Assembly: GCA_015059195.1 (NCBI GenBank)
Contig: SVAW01000001.1
Coordinates: forward strand, 81,575-145,574
Direction: 5' to 3'
Length of the DNA stretch: 64,000 nucleotides
DNA from: Bacillota bacterium
GTDB lineage: Bacteria; Bacillota_I; Bacilli_A; RF39; UBA660
Under the pieces are notes generated by a model. That model saw nothing but the letters and a program-made list of their open reading frames with translations, did no database searches and was not told the origin of the DNA. The position numbers and the translations under genes were made by a program. Below, piece by piece: positions 1 through 7,228 of this stretch. The stretch's first letter is position 1; the number at the start of each line of letters is the position of its first letter.

Positions 1-1
1 A

Positions 2-292
2 TTGATGGCAATAATTGGTGCTATAGTATTTTTCTTTAAGCGTACATTTAGTGGTTTCGTTTATTCTATTGCAGTAGTTGATATATTCTTAAGATTACTG
101 GCATATTTAAAAATGAATTTATTTACTGGAGAAGTCGCAAACTTCTTCGTCAGATATTTCCCAAATAGTGTTCCTGCGATTATTAGTAAGTACACCTCTA
201 ACACATTAGAGACAGTACTTATTTGGATTTATATAGGCGTGATGATAATATTTGAATGCTACATTATTAAAACGTTTTTTAACAAAAAATAA
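2..292 (+). CDS. 3' part of a hydrophobic membrane protein (5' end probably outside window)
   Basis: Open frame from the window edge to the stop at 290-292. Translation is rich in TM-like helices. No family recognised. Confidence 0.4.
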   Translation: MMAIIGAIVFFFKRTFSGFVYSIAVVDIFLRLLAYLKMNLFTGEVANFFVRYFPNSVPAIISKYTSNTLETVLIWIYIGVMIIFECYIIKTFFNKK

Positions 293-350
293 TAATTGAC
301 AAACTGAACAAAGCGTAATAAAATTAAAATAGACAAGGGAGTAAGATAGT

Positions 351-416
351 ATGGTTAGAGTAAGTACAGAAAATAAATTAACAAAAATAACCACCTGGGG
401 GGGGGTATTTAAGTAA
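351..416 (+). CDS. Cassette mini-ORF L1, 21 aa MVRVSTENKLTKITTWGGVFK
   Basis: ATG lies 9 nt after AAGGGAG. The poly-G tract is read as TGG GGG GGG G. Stop TAA 414-416 lies in the 3' arm of the hairpin. Start, SD and N-terminus MVR(V/I) are conserved in all four copies. Confidence 0.45.
   Translation: MVRVSTENKLTKITTWGGVFK
397..405 (+). repeat. Homopolymeric G9 tract inside mini-ORF L1
   Basis: Direct count: ccacct + 9 G + tattt. I noticed no other G or C run of 8 or more outside the four cassettes. Confidence 0.9.
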
Positions 417-441
417 CCATACTATAATAAAAGAAATAAAT

Positions 442-498
442 AAACACGAAAGAATTTTAGAAAATCCATCGTTCTAAAATTTGTTTTCGTGTTTTTTT
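442..498 (+). terminator. Intrinsic terminator inside leader cassette 1
   Basis: aaacacgaaa-g-aattttagaa / loop aatccatcg / ttctaaaatt-tgt-tttcgtgttt, followed by a T-run. Two 10-bp helices are separated by a small internal loop. Confidence 0.8.
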
Positions 499-530
499 GT
501 ATGCCTTGTTAAGAATAGGAGGAAAGAAAG

Positions 531-1481
531 ATGAAGAAAAAAGGATTTACACTAATAGAATTACTAGCGGTAATAGTAGTACTAGCAATAATAGCACTAA
601 TAGCAACACCAATAGTAATGAATGTAATTAGTAACGCACAAAAAGGAGCAGCAGAAAGAAGTGCAGATAACTACGTAAAAGCAGTAGAAACATTAATCGC
701 AACAGAAAGATTAGATGGGGAACCAGTAGAAGATGGTACATACACAATAGATGAGAATGGAAACATTAAATCTGGTGATGTAGAATTAACAGTTGAGTTA
801 AATGGAACAAAACCAAATGGAGGAAGTATTGAAATTAAAGATGGACAAGTAGTAAAAAATGAAAGTTCAATCAAGGTAGGAGATTATACTGTTACTTTTG
901 AAGATGGAAAAGCTGAAGCGAAAGAATTAGCCAAACTACTAGATGTATGTCAATTAACAGATGGAGAGGAAAATGAAGTAGGAGCAGAGTACAATTGTAA
1001 CCTAGGAGATGGAGATAGAACATTCTATGTATTAGAAGCAGGAACAAGTAGTAAACCAGCAACATTAATACTAGAAGGAAACTATGATACGACGACACAA
1101 AGCTGGTGCGATCAAAATGGTGATTACCCTAATAATAGTTTATTATGCCAAGCAGATGGCTTAGCTGCTAAATTAGATGAAATAGCATTAGCATGGACAA
1201 AATTAGATAGAAGTCAAATAGGAATACCAAGTGCAGAACAAATCATGGTAGCAGATGGCCAAGCAGAAGATGCATATATAGATTATCCAATGTTAAATAA
1301 TGAATGGTTATGGAGTTGGGATAATGAAGCATGGGGAAATTCAGTGAACGGATATTGGACATCTACGCCTGTTGAGGGTGACTCTTATTCTATTTGGCTG
1401 GTATATGATGATGGTAGTGTTAATAATGATTTTGTGGATACTGACTTTGGTGTTCGACCAGTTCTAATGCTCTCAATTTAA
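531..1481 (+). CDS. Type IV prepilin-like protein with C-terminal DUF1566/FISUMP-like module (paralogue P1)
   Basis: N-terminus MKKKG|FTLIELLAVIVVLAIIALIA is a class III signal with Glu at +5. C-terminal motifs are NCNLGDGDRTFYVLEAGTSSKP, IGIPSAEQIM, GYWTST and FGVRPV. Strong RBS. Confidence 0.85.
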   Translation: MKKKGFTLIELLAVIVVLAIIALIATPIVMNVISNAQKGAAERSADNYVKAVETLIATERLDGEPVEDGTYTIDENGNIKSGDVELTVELNGTKPNGGSIEIKDGQVVKNESSIKVGDYTVTFEDGKAEAKELAKLLDVCQLTDGEENEVGAEYNCNLGDGDRTFYVLEAGTSSKPATLILEGNYDTTTQSWCDQNGDYPNNSLLCQADGLAAKLDEIALAWTKLDRSQIGIPSAEQIMVADGQAEDAYIDYPMLNNEWLWSWDNEAWGNSVNGYWTSTPVEGDSYSIWLVYDDGSVNNDFVDTDFGVRPVLMLSI

Positions 1482-1506
1482 TCTAGGTTTAACCTAGATT
1501 TTTTTA
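1482..1506 (+). terminator. Intrinsic terminator after P1
   Basis: tctagg-tttaa-cctaga followed by a T7 run. Confidence 0.65.
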
Positions 1507-1564
1507 TATAACATTTTCTTGCTTGCTAAACAAATGTTTGCTATAATGATTTTAGGGTGATGAT

Positions 1565-2119
1565 ATGTATTCATATGTTACAGGAAAAATAGATTTAGTA
1601 GAAAGTAATTATGTTGTTATAGATAATAATGGCATAGGATATCAAATATATACTCCTAATCCATATTCATTTGCTGAGGGAGAACAATATAAAGTTTATC
1701 TATATCAATATGTGAGAGAAGATGAAATAAGCTTATATGGATTTAAGACAAAAGAAGAAAAAAGTCTGTTTTTAAAATTAATAGAAGTTAAAGGATTAGG
1801 TTGTAAGATGGCGTTACCGATTCTAGCAACTGGTTCTATAGAAGGCATTATTGATGCTATTGAAAGGGAAAATGTTTTATATTTAAAGAAATTTCCAAAA
1901 ATAGGCGATAAAGTTGCTCGACAAATTATTTTAGATTTGAAAGGAAAATTAGTAAGTTCAAATACCACTAACTTTCAAAGTAAAGATTATTCTGAATTAA
2001 TAGAGGCATTAAAAGCATTAGGATATAAGCAAAGCGACATAAATAAAGTTTTACCTAATATTACGGAAGAAGATGTTGAAAAACAAATAAAAGAGGCACT
2101 AAGATTACTTTTGAAATAA
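1565..2119 (+). CDS. ruvA: Holliday junction branch migration protein RuvA
   Basis: N-terminus MYSYVTGKI...NGIGYQIY and overall length are typical of RuvA. ruvB lies downstream. Confidence 0.9.
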   Translation: MYSYVTGKIDLVESNYVVIDNNGIGYQIYTPNPYSFAEGEQYKVYLYQYVREDEISLYGFKTKEEKSLFLKLIEVKGLGCKMALPILATGSIEGIIDAIERENVLYLKKFPKIGDKVARQIILDLKGKLVSSNTTNFQSKDYSELIEALKALGYKQSDINKVLPNITEEDVEKQIKEALRLLLK

Positions 2120-2129
2120 GGAGGATTTT

Positions 2130-2696
2130 ATGAGAGTAGGAATTGATATAGACGATACTATATGCAGTACTTTTGACTATGTTTTGCCATATTTTTGTCT
2201 GTTCTATAAATTAGATTATAAAAGTATTAAAAAACAAAATGTTGATTATTATTATTTTAATAGTAGGTATTCAAACTATTATGATGTGGCAAAAGTTATA
2301 TATCAAAAAATTACTCCTAATATACCAGTTAATAAGGGAGTCATTAAATACTTAAAAAAAATCAAAAAGTTAGGGCATGAAATAGTTTTTATTACAGCTA
2401 GAGGGAATAAAGGATATGACCGACCATATCAAATATCATATGATTATTTAGTACAAAATAAGGTTCCTTTTGATGCATTAATTGTTGATGCCCAAGATAA
2501 AGGTAAAGTTTGCTTAGAGGAACACGTAGATATATTTTTCGATGATGATATTAATAACTATAATAGTGTTTCATCTAGAGGAATAGAAGTTTATTTATAT
2601 ACTATAAATTCAAATAAAAAATATAAGGATATTAGGCGAGCAAATAATTTTAGACAAATATATAAAATTGTTAGGAGGAAGAGCCGTGCAAGATGA
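2130..2696 (+). CDS. HAD-superfamily hydrolase, possibly a 5'(3')-nucleotidase-like enzyme
   Basis: N-terminal DxDDT motif (GIDIDDTI) and a later FFDDD motif. It sits between ruvA and ruvB. Confidence 0.5.
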   Translation: MRVGIDIDDTICSTFDYVLPYFCLFYKLDYKSIKKQNVDYYYFNSRYSNYYDVAKVIYQKITPNIPVNKGVIKYLKKIKKLGHEIVFITARGNKGYDRPYQISYDYLVQNKVPFDALIVDAQDKGKVCLEEHVDIFFDDDINNYNSVSSRGIEVYLYTINSNKKYKDIRRANNFRQIYKIVRRKSRAR

Positions 2697-3678
2697 TAGA
2701 GTTATAACCACCCATGAATTGGAAGAAGATACTTTTGAACAAAATATTCGCCCGGCTAGTTTAGATGAATATATTGGTCAGAGTGAGGTTAAAGATAACA
2801 TGTCAGTTTTTATAAAGGCTGCTAAAATGAGAGAAGAATCATTAGATCACGTGTTATTGTATGGACCACCAGGACTAGGCAAGACAACTTTGGCGTTTAT
2901 AATTGCTAATGAAATGGGAAGTAATATTAAAACATCTAGTGGACCTGCTATTGAGAAAAGCGGAGATTTAGCTGCGTTACTTTCAAGTTTGGAACCTGGA
3001 GATGTATTATTTATTGATGAAATTCATCGAATTCCTAGATATATTGAAGAAATTTTATATTCTGCTATGGAAGATTTTACACTTGATATCATTATTGGCA
3101 GTGATGCATCTAGCAGAAATATTAAAATTAATTTACCACCATTCACATTAGTTGGGGCAACAACTAGAGCAGGCGATTTAACAGGACCATTAAGAGATAG
3201 ATTTGGGATTGTGTCTAAGTTAAATTATTATACAGAATCAGAATTAACTGAAATTGTTAAACGAACCAGTAGAGTTTTAAATTGTGAAATAGACGATAAA
3301 GCTGCAGCGGAACTAGCAAGGCGTAGTAGAGGTACACCGCGTATTGCTAACAGATTATTTAAACGCGTGCGCGATTATGCGATGGTTATGGGAAGTGGGA
3401 TTATTGATTTAAAAATTACTAAAATTGCATTAGATAAACTTAAAGTTGATAATCTTGGCCTTGATCAAACAGATTACAATCTGTTAAGAGCTATTATTGA
3501 GCGATTTGATGGAGGACCTGTTGGAATAGAGGCTATTGCTTCCTCTATTGGCGAGGAGCAGACAACTATAGAAGATGTTTATGAACCATATTTGTTACAA
3601 CAAGGATTCTTAAAAAGAACTAATCGTGGTAGAGTAGTAACAGATAAAGCATATGAGCACTTAAATATCCAGAAATAA
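2686..3678 (+). CDS. ruvB: Holliday junction DNA helicase RuvB
   Basis: Walker [17 protein letters not shown] and the RuvB C-terminal domain. I prefer GTG 2686 (AGGAGG 7 nt upstream) over the TTG at 2668 in the ORF track. Confidence 0.9.
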   Translation: MQDDRVITTHELEEDTFEQNIRPASLDEYIGQSEVKDNMSVFIKAAKMREESLDHVLLYGPPGLGKTTLAFIIANEMGSNIKTSSGPAIEKSGDLAALLSSLEPGDVLFIDEIHRIPRYIEEILYSAMEDFTLDIIIGSDASSRNIKINLPPFTLVGATTRAGDLTGPLRDRFGIVSKLNYYTESELTEIVKRTSRVLNCEIDDKAAAELARRSRGTPRIANRLFKRVRDYAMVMGSGIIDLKITKIALDKLKVDNLGLDQTDYNLLRAIIERFDGGPVGIEAIASSIGEEQTTIEDVYEPYLLQQGFLKRTNRGRVVTDKAYEHLNIQK

Positions 3679-3740
3679 TTATGTATTGACAAAATGAACA
3701 AGGCATAATAAAATTAAAATAGACAAGGGAGTAAGATAGT

Positions 3741-3803
3741 ATGGTTAGAGTAAGTACAAAATTTAATTCAACAAACCACCCGGGGGGGGGGGTATTTAAG
3801 TAA
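3741..3803 (+). CDS. Cassette mini-ORF L2, 20 aa MVRVSTKFNSTNHPGGGVFK
   Basis: Same SD and start as L1. G11 is read as CCG GGG GGG GGG G. It ends at the same TAA as L1. Confidence 0.45.
   Translation: MVRVSTKFNSTNHPGGGVFK
3782..3792 (+). repeat. Homopolymeric G11 tract inside mini-ORF L2
   Basis: Direct count: caccc + 11 G + tattt. Confidence 0.9.
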
Positions 3804-3828
3804 CCATACTATAATAAAAGAAATAAAT

Positions 3829-3885
3829 AAACACGAAAGAATTTTAGAAAATCCATCGTTCTAAAATTTGTTTTCGTGTTTTTTT
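3829..3885 (+). terminator. Intrinsic terminator inside leader cassette 2
   Basis: Same hairpin sequence as 442-498, followed by a T-run. Confidence 0.8.
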
Positions 3886-3986
3886 GTGTACCTTGTTAAA
3901 ACAAAAAAGTATATACTATTTGTATAATTTGAAGTTAAAAAGTACAAAATAAGATATACTGAATATGAAAATAGGAGGAGAGAAAG

Positions 3987-4943
3987 ATGAAGAAAAAAGG
4001 ATTTACATTAATAGAATTACTAGCGGTAATAGTAGTACTAGCAATAATAGCACTAATCGCAACACCAATAGTAATGAATGTAATTAGTAATGCTTCTAAG
4101 GGAGCAGCAGAAAGAAGTGCAGATAACTACGTAAAAGCAGTAGAAACATTAATCGCAACAAAAAGATTAGATGGAGAACCAGTAGAAGATGGGACATACA
4201 CAATAGGCACAGATGGGAACTTAAGTTTTGGTGATGTTGAGTTGAATGGAACAAAACCCAGTGGAGGAACAATTACAATTAAAGATGGACAAGTAGTTAA
4301 GGAAAATGCTTCAATAAAAGTAGGAGACTACACTGTAACATATGATGATGGAGCTGCAAAAGCCGATCAAATTATTGTATTGTGTAAAGCTATTGCTCCA
4401 ATACAACAAGAACTATATGATGCAACTACGAAAACAATGGTTCCAACAACCGTTGGAATACAAGCTACTTCATCAGCACCATACGCAGCGGGAGCAGTAT
4501 ATAGTTGTAATTTAGGTGATGGAGATAGAACATTTTATGTATTAAGTTCAACTAAAGACACAGTGTCGTTATTAATGGAGGAAAATATGGAAAGTCCAGC
4601 TACATGGTGTGCGACTGGCGATGATAATTCATGTAATGGAGATGGAGCAATCGCAAGTTTGAATTCGCAAACAAGTGGATGGTCAAAACTATTTAGTGTA
4701 AATGGTAAAGTTAGTTTACCGTCATACGATGATATGTATGGAGTTATAGGTGATGACTGGACTGCAATTAATTTGACTAATGTTGTTGCTAACAACGGAT
4801 ATTGGACATCTACGCTATGTGATTTTGAAATTACTGAGGCATGGATTGTAGAAAAAACTGATGTTACGACTACTGCTAGTGTTAACGCAGAATTCGGTAT
4901 CCGTCCAGTAATCACAATTTCCACAGAATATATATCACTTTAA
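3987..4943 (+). CDS. Type IV prepilin-like protein with divergent C-terminal DUF1566/FISUMP-like module (paralogue P2)
   Basis: The first ~110 codons are nearly identical to 51742-52650. C-terminal motifs are SCNLGDGDRTFYVL, VSLPSYDDMY, GYWTST and FGIRPV. Confidence 0.85.
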   Translation: MKKKGFTLIELLAVIVVLAIIALIATPIVMNVISNASKGAAERSADNYVKAVETLIATKRLDGEPVEDGTYTIGTDGNLSFGDVELNGTKPSGGTITIKDGQVVKENASIKVGDYTVTYDDGAAKADQIIVLCKAIAPIQQELYDATTKTMVPTTVGIQATSSAPYAAGAVYSCNLGDGDRTFYVLSSTKDTVSLLMEENMESPATWCATGDDNSCNGDGAIASLNSQTSGWSKLFSVNGKVSLPSYDDMYGVIGDDWTAINLTNVVANNGYWTSTLCDFEITEAWIVEKTDVTTTASVNAEFGIRPVITISTEYISL

Positions 4944-4968
4944 GAATATCTTCGGATATTCTTTTTTC
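4943..4968 (+). terminator. Intrinsic terminator after P2
   Basis: aagaatatc-ttcg-gatattctt followed by a T-run. Confidence 0.8.
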
Positions 4969-5010
4969 TATCGTTGATATTTTTAATGATGCTATGATAT
5001 AATTATAAAG

Positions 5011-5661
5011 ATGATAGTTATGGAAAATATAGATTTGTATAAATATGAAAAAGAGTTATATAGTAATAATGTTAAGTATATAGGTGGTGTAGATGAAGTG
5101 GGACGAGGCCCACTTATTGGACCGGTTGTTGCTGCTTGTGTAGTATTACCACAAGAGTTTAAATTAAATGGCTTAACAGATTCTAAGAAATTAAGTGAGA
5201 AAAAAAGAGATAGTTTTTTTAAATATATTAAAGAACATGCATTATCTATAGGTATTGGTAGTGTTTCACCTCAAGAAATAGATAAGATAAATATTTATGA
5301 GGCCAGCAAAAAGGCAATGATGATGGCTATTGCAGAGGTTAGAAAAAATATTTCGTTAGAACATGTACTAATTGATGCAATGCCTTTAGAATTAGATATA
5401 CCATCTACTTCTATTATAAAAGGAGATGCTAAAAGTATTAGTATTGCAGCAGCAAGTGTCATTGCTAAAGTAACCCGTGATAAAATGATGTATGAGCTTG
5501 ATCAAAAATATCCTGAATATGGGTTTGCTAGTCACAAAGGATATCCAACTAAAAAACATGTTGAGGCTATAAATCAATATGGCCTTATAGATGGATACAG
5601 AAAAAGCTATGGCCCAGTTAAAGATGTAATAGAAAAGAGAGATAAATATGAGTCCAAATAA
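5011..5661 (+). CDS. rnhB: Ribonuclease HII
   Basis: GVDEVGRGPLIGPVV and DSKKLS motifs. The start could be the ATG at 5020. Confidence 0.9.
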   Translation: MIVMENIDLYKYEKELYSNNVKYIGGVDEVGRGPLIGPVVAACVVLPQEFKLNGLTDSKKLSEKKRDSFFKYIKEHALSIGIGSVSPQEIDKINIYEASKKAMMMAIAEVRKNISLEHVLIDAMPLELDIPSTSIIKGDAKSISIAAASVIAKVTRDKMMYELDQKYPEYGFASHKGYPTKKHVEAINQYGLIDGYRKSYGPVKDVIEKRDKYESK

Positions 5662-5908
5662 TTTTCAAAAAAATCCTTTTGTGAGCAATAATGCCACATC
5701 TTCTTACAAACCTAAACATTTTAGCAACTATGATAAATTAGGAAGAAGAACAGTTGAAGAGGTAAAGCAAGACATGGTTGATGTTAAATATAATAACTTT
5801 AAAGAAAGACAAGAACGTAATACAGAAATTGTTAGCACACCACAACCAAAACACACACCGGATTTTAAAGATAGAGTAAATAATTTGCGCAATATTAATA
5901 GAGGTTAA
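5648..5908 (+). CDS. Small basic hypothetical protein
   Basis: ORF overlaps the rnhB end and has a compact operon position. No family recognised. Confidence 0.4.
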   Translation: MSPNNFQKNPFVSNNATSSYKPKHFSNYDKLGRRTVEEVKQDMVDVKYNNFKERQERNTEIVSTPQPKHTPDFKDRVNNLRNINRG

Positions 5909-5911
5909 TAT

Positions 5912-6430
5912 ATGAATGTAAAAAAAGTTGTGGTTGGATTATTAGAAACAAATTGTTATATATTAGAAAAAGGTAAGGAATGTTTGATAATTGATCCTGG
6001 GGATGAGCCACACAAAATAGAACAACAAATAAATAAAACAGTTAAAGCAATAATCGTTACTCATAATCATTTTGATCATGTTGGTGGAGTGTCATATTTT
6101 AAAGAAAAATATGGTGTAGAAGTATATGATTATGACAACTTAAAAGAAGGAATAAATAATATAAGTGAATTCATGTTTGAAGTATTATATATGCCGGGAC
6201 ATACAGTAGATTCTATAGTTATTTATTTTAAAGAAGAACAGATTATGTTTGTGGGAGATTTTATCTTTTATCACACAATCGGTCGGACAGACTTAGAGGG
6301 TGGTAATTTTGTTGATATGAAAAAAAGCATTAGCCGTTTAAAAGAATATAGAGATATTACTTTATATCCTGGACATGGATGTAAGACTACATTAGAGGAA
6401 GAAAGAATAAATAATAGTTATTTTAGATAA
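5912..6430 (+). CDS. MBL-fold metallo-hydrolase
   Basis: THNHFDHVGG metal-binding motif and later GH motifs. Confidence 0.8.
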   Translation: MNVKKVVVGLLETNCYILEKGKECLIIDPGDEPHKIEQQINKTVKAIIVTHNHFDHVGGVSYFKEKYGVEVYDYDNLKEGINNISEFMFEVLYMPGHTVDSIVIYFKEEQIMFVGDFIFYHTIGRTDLEGGNFVDMKKSISRLKEYRDITLYPGHGCKTTLEEERINNSYFR

Positions 6431-6442
6431 GGGGTGTTTAAA

Positions 6443-7138
6443 ATGGGATTATTTTTTAAAGGGAAAGCTAAATTGATGAGAGGAATTACTCCATATATGG
6501 AGGATCAAAAGGCTGTTTTTGATACCAAAGGTGATAAGGAGAAAACAAAACAACAAGAAAATTATGATCAATACGTGATGAGAAAAAAAGATTATTCGAA
6601 TGTTCCTAAATATAAAGCATTTGATGAAAAAAGTGTGGGAGTCGTTATAGATAAGGACCAACTGGGATATCAACAACTAAACGAATGTGTCCAAACTGTT
6701 GAAATAGAAAAAGAAAATTTATATTCAGATTTGCAAGAAATAGTATCTAATCCTCCTATTGAATCTAGTCATGAATTGCAACACAAGTCTATTGATGATA
6801 AGACTTTAGAAACTGAACTTCCGCATAATTCAGAAGTTGATGTGATAGAAGTTGAAAATAATGAGATTGTTATTTCTGATATTTCCGAAGAACGCATAGA
6901 AAAAGATAAGAAATTATCTATTTTTGGAAATTCGGATGAGCCAATTAAAGCAAAGGTTTATGACATAAAGGAAACGCCAATCACAGAAAATGTGGATATT
7001 ATAGATATAGAATTTAAGAAGGAAGAACTCAAACCAGAGGTTAAATTAAATGAACAAGGTCAGAAAATATGCCCTAAATGTGGAGCACCACTTGATCCTA
7101 GGGCTCCTGTATGTTTCTTGTGTGGCCATAAATTTTAA
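6443..7138 (+). CDS. Acidic hypothetical protein with C-terminal zinc ribbon
   Basis: C-terminus is CPKCGAPLDPRAPVCFLCGHKF. The ATG at 6443 is preferred over the GTG at 6434. Confidence 0.5.
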   Translation: MGLFFKGKAKLMRGITPYMEDQKAVFDTKGDKEKTKQQENYDQYVMRKKDYSNVPKYKAFDEKSVGVVIDKDQLGYQQLNECVQTVEIEKENLYSDLQEIVSNPPIESSHELQHKSIDDKTLETELPHNSEVDVIEVENNEIVISDISEERIEKDKKLSIFGNSDEPIKAKVYDIKETPITENVDIIDIEFKKEELKPEVKLNEQGQKICPKCGAPLDPRAPVCFLCGHKF

Positions 7139-7228
7139 TCAAATATATATTATGAAGAAATGATTATGGCAATCATTTCTTTTCTTGTGTTTTTATATGA
7201 TATATAATATAATAAAAATGGTGATAGT

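Larger units (their letters stand above)
296..530 (+). promoter_or_regulatory. Pilin leader cassette copy 1 (promoter + poly-G mini-ORF + hairpin + terminator)
   Basis: TTGACA 296-301, 17-nt spacer, TAAAAT 319-324. SD AAGGGAG 335-341, ATG 351. Imperfect hairpin with arms 346-367 and 405-425. Terminator 442-498. Pilin RBS AGGAGG follows, then ATG 531. Near-identical by eye to the copies at 3686, 51512 and 57534. Confidence 0.7.
3686..3986 (+). promoter_or_regulatory. Pilin leader cassette copy 2, with extra ~70-85 nt between terminator and RBS
   Basis: TTGACA 3686-3691, 17-nt spacer, TAAAAT 3709-3714. SD AAGGGAG, ATG 3741. Hairpin arms 3736-3747 and 3801-3812. Terminator 3829-3885. An insertion relative to the other copies spans about 3900-3970. 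The cassette starts 8 nt after the ruvB stop. Confidence 0.7.

Noticed and set aside
346-425. The 12-bp perfect inverted repeats (atagtatggtta / taaccatactat) could be the ends of an invertible DNA switch, as in Clostridioides phase-variable promoters.
   Set aside because: Only about 56 bp lies between the perfect repeats, or ~38 bp if the extended arms are counted. No promoter lies inside the segment. No recombinase gene is in the window. Substitutions in copy 4 are wobble-compatible (G-U), which fits RNA pairing and not DNA site identity. Read-pair evidence for inversion would reopen this.
296-530. The cassette could be a known c-di-GMP riboswitch (class I or II), like the one upstream of C. 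difficile pilA1, or a T-box or other known leader.
   Set aside because: I could not find the conserved cores of GEMM-I, c-di-GMP-II or the T-box by eye. The T-box motif GGTGGTACCGCG-like sequence is present only in the serS leader at 27304-27318. An Rfam scan is still needed.
531-730. The near-identical 5' regions of P1, P2 and P4 might be silent pilS-like cassettes feeding one expression locus, as in Neisseria.
   Set aside because: Every copy has its own promoter cassette, RBS, start codon, full-length frame and terminator. They are complete genes rather than promoterless partial cassettes. Recombination between them remains likely.
892-1098. Minus-strand ORFs inside the pilin genes (671-874, 892-1098, 4535-4924, 33667-33924, 52052-52303). 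Three of them encode similar Leu/His/Tyr-rich peptides (LLVLMLLVYYLFLLLIH.MFYLHLL).
   Set aside because: Their similarity mirrors the conserved sense-strand block NCNLGDGDRTFYVLEAGTSSKP. They have no SD, and the sense frames have clear prepilin and domain signatures. These are antisense shadow ORFs.
2668-2696. An apparent 29-nt overlap between the HAD-like gene and ruvB in the ORF track.
   Set aside because: It is explained by an over-extended TTG start. GTG 2686 with AGGAGG 7 nt upstream is the likelier ruvB start, leaving only a short overlap.
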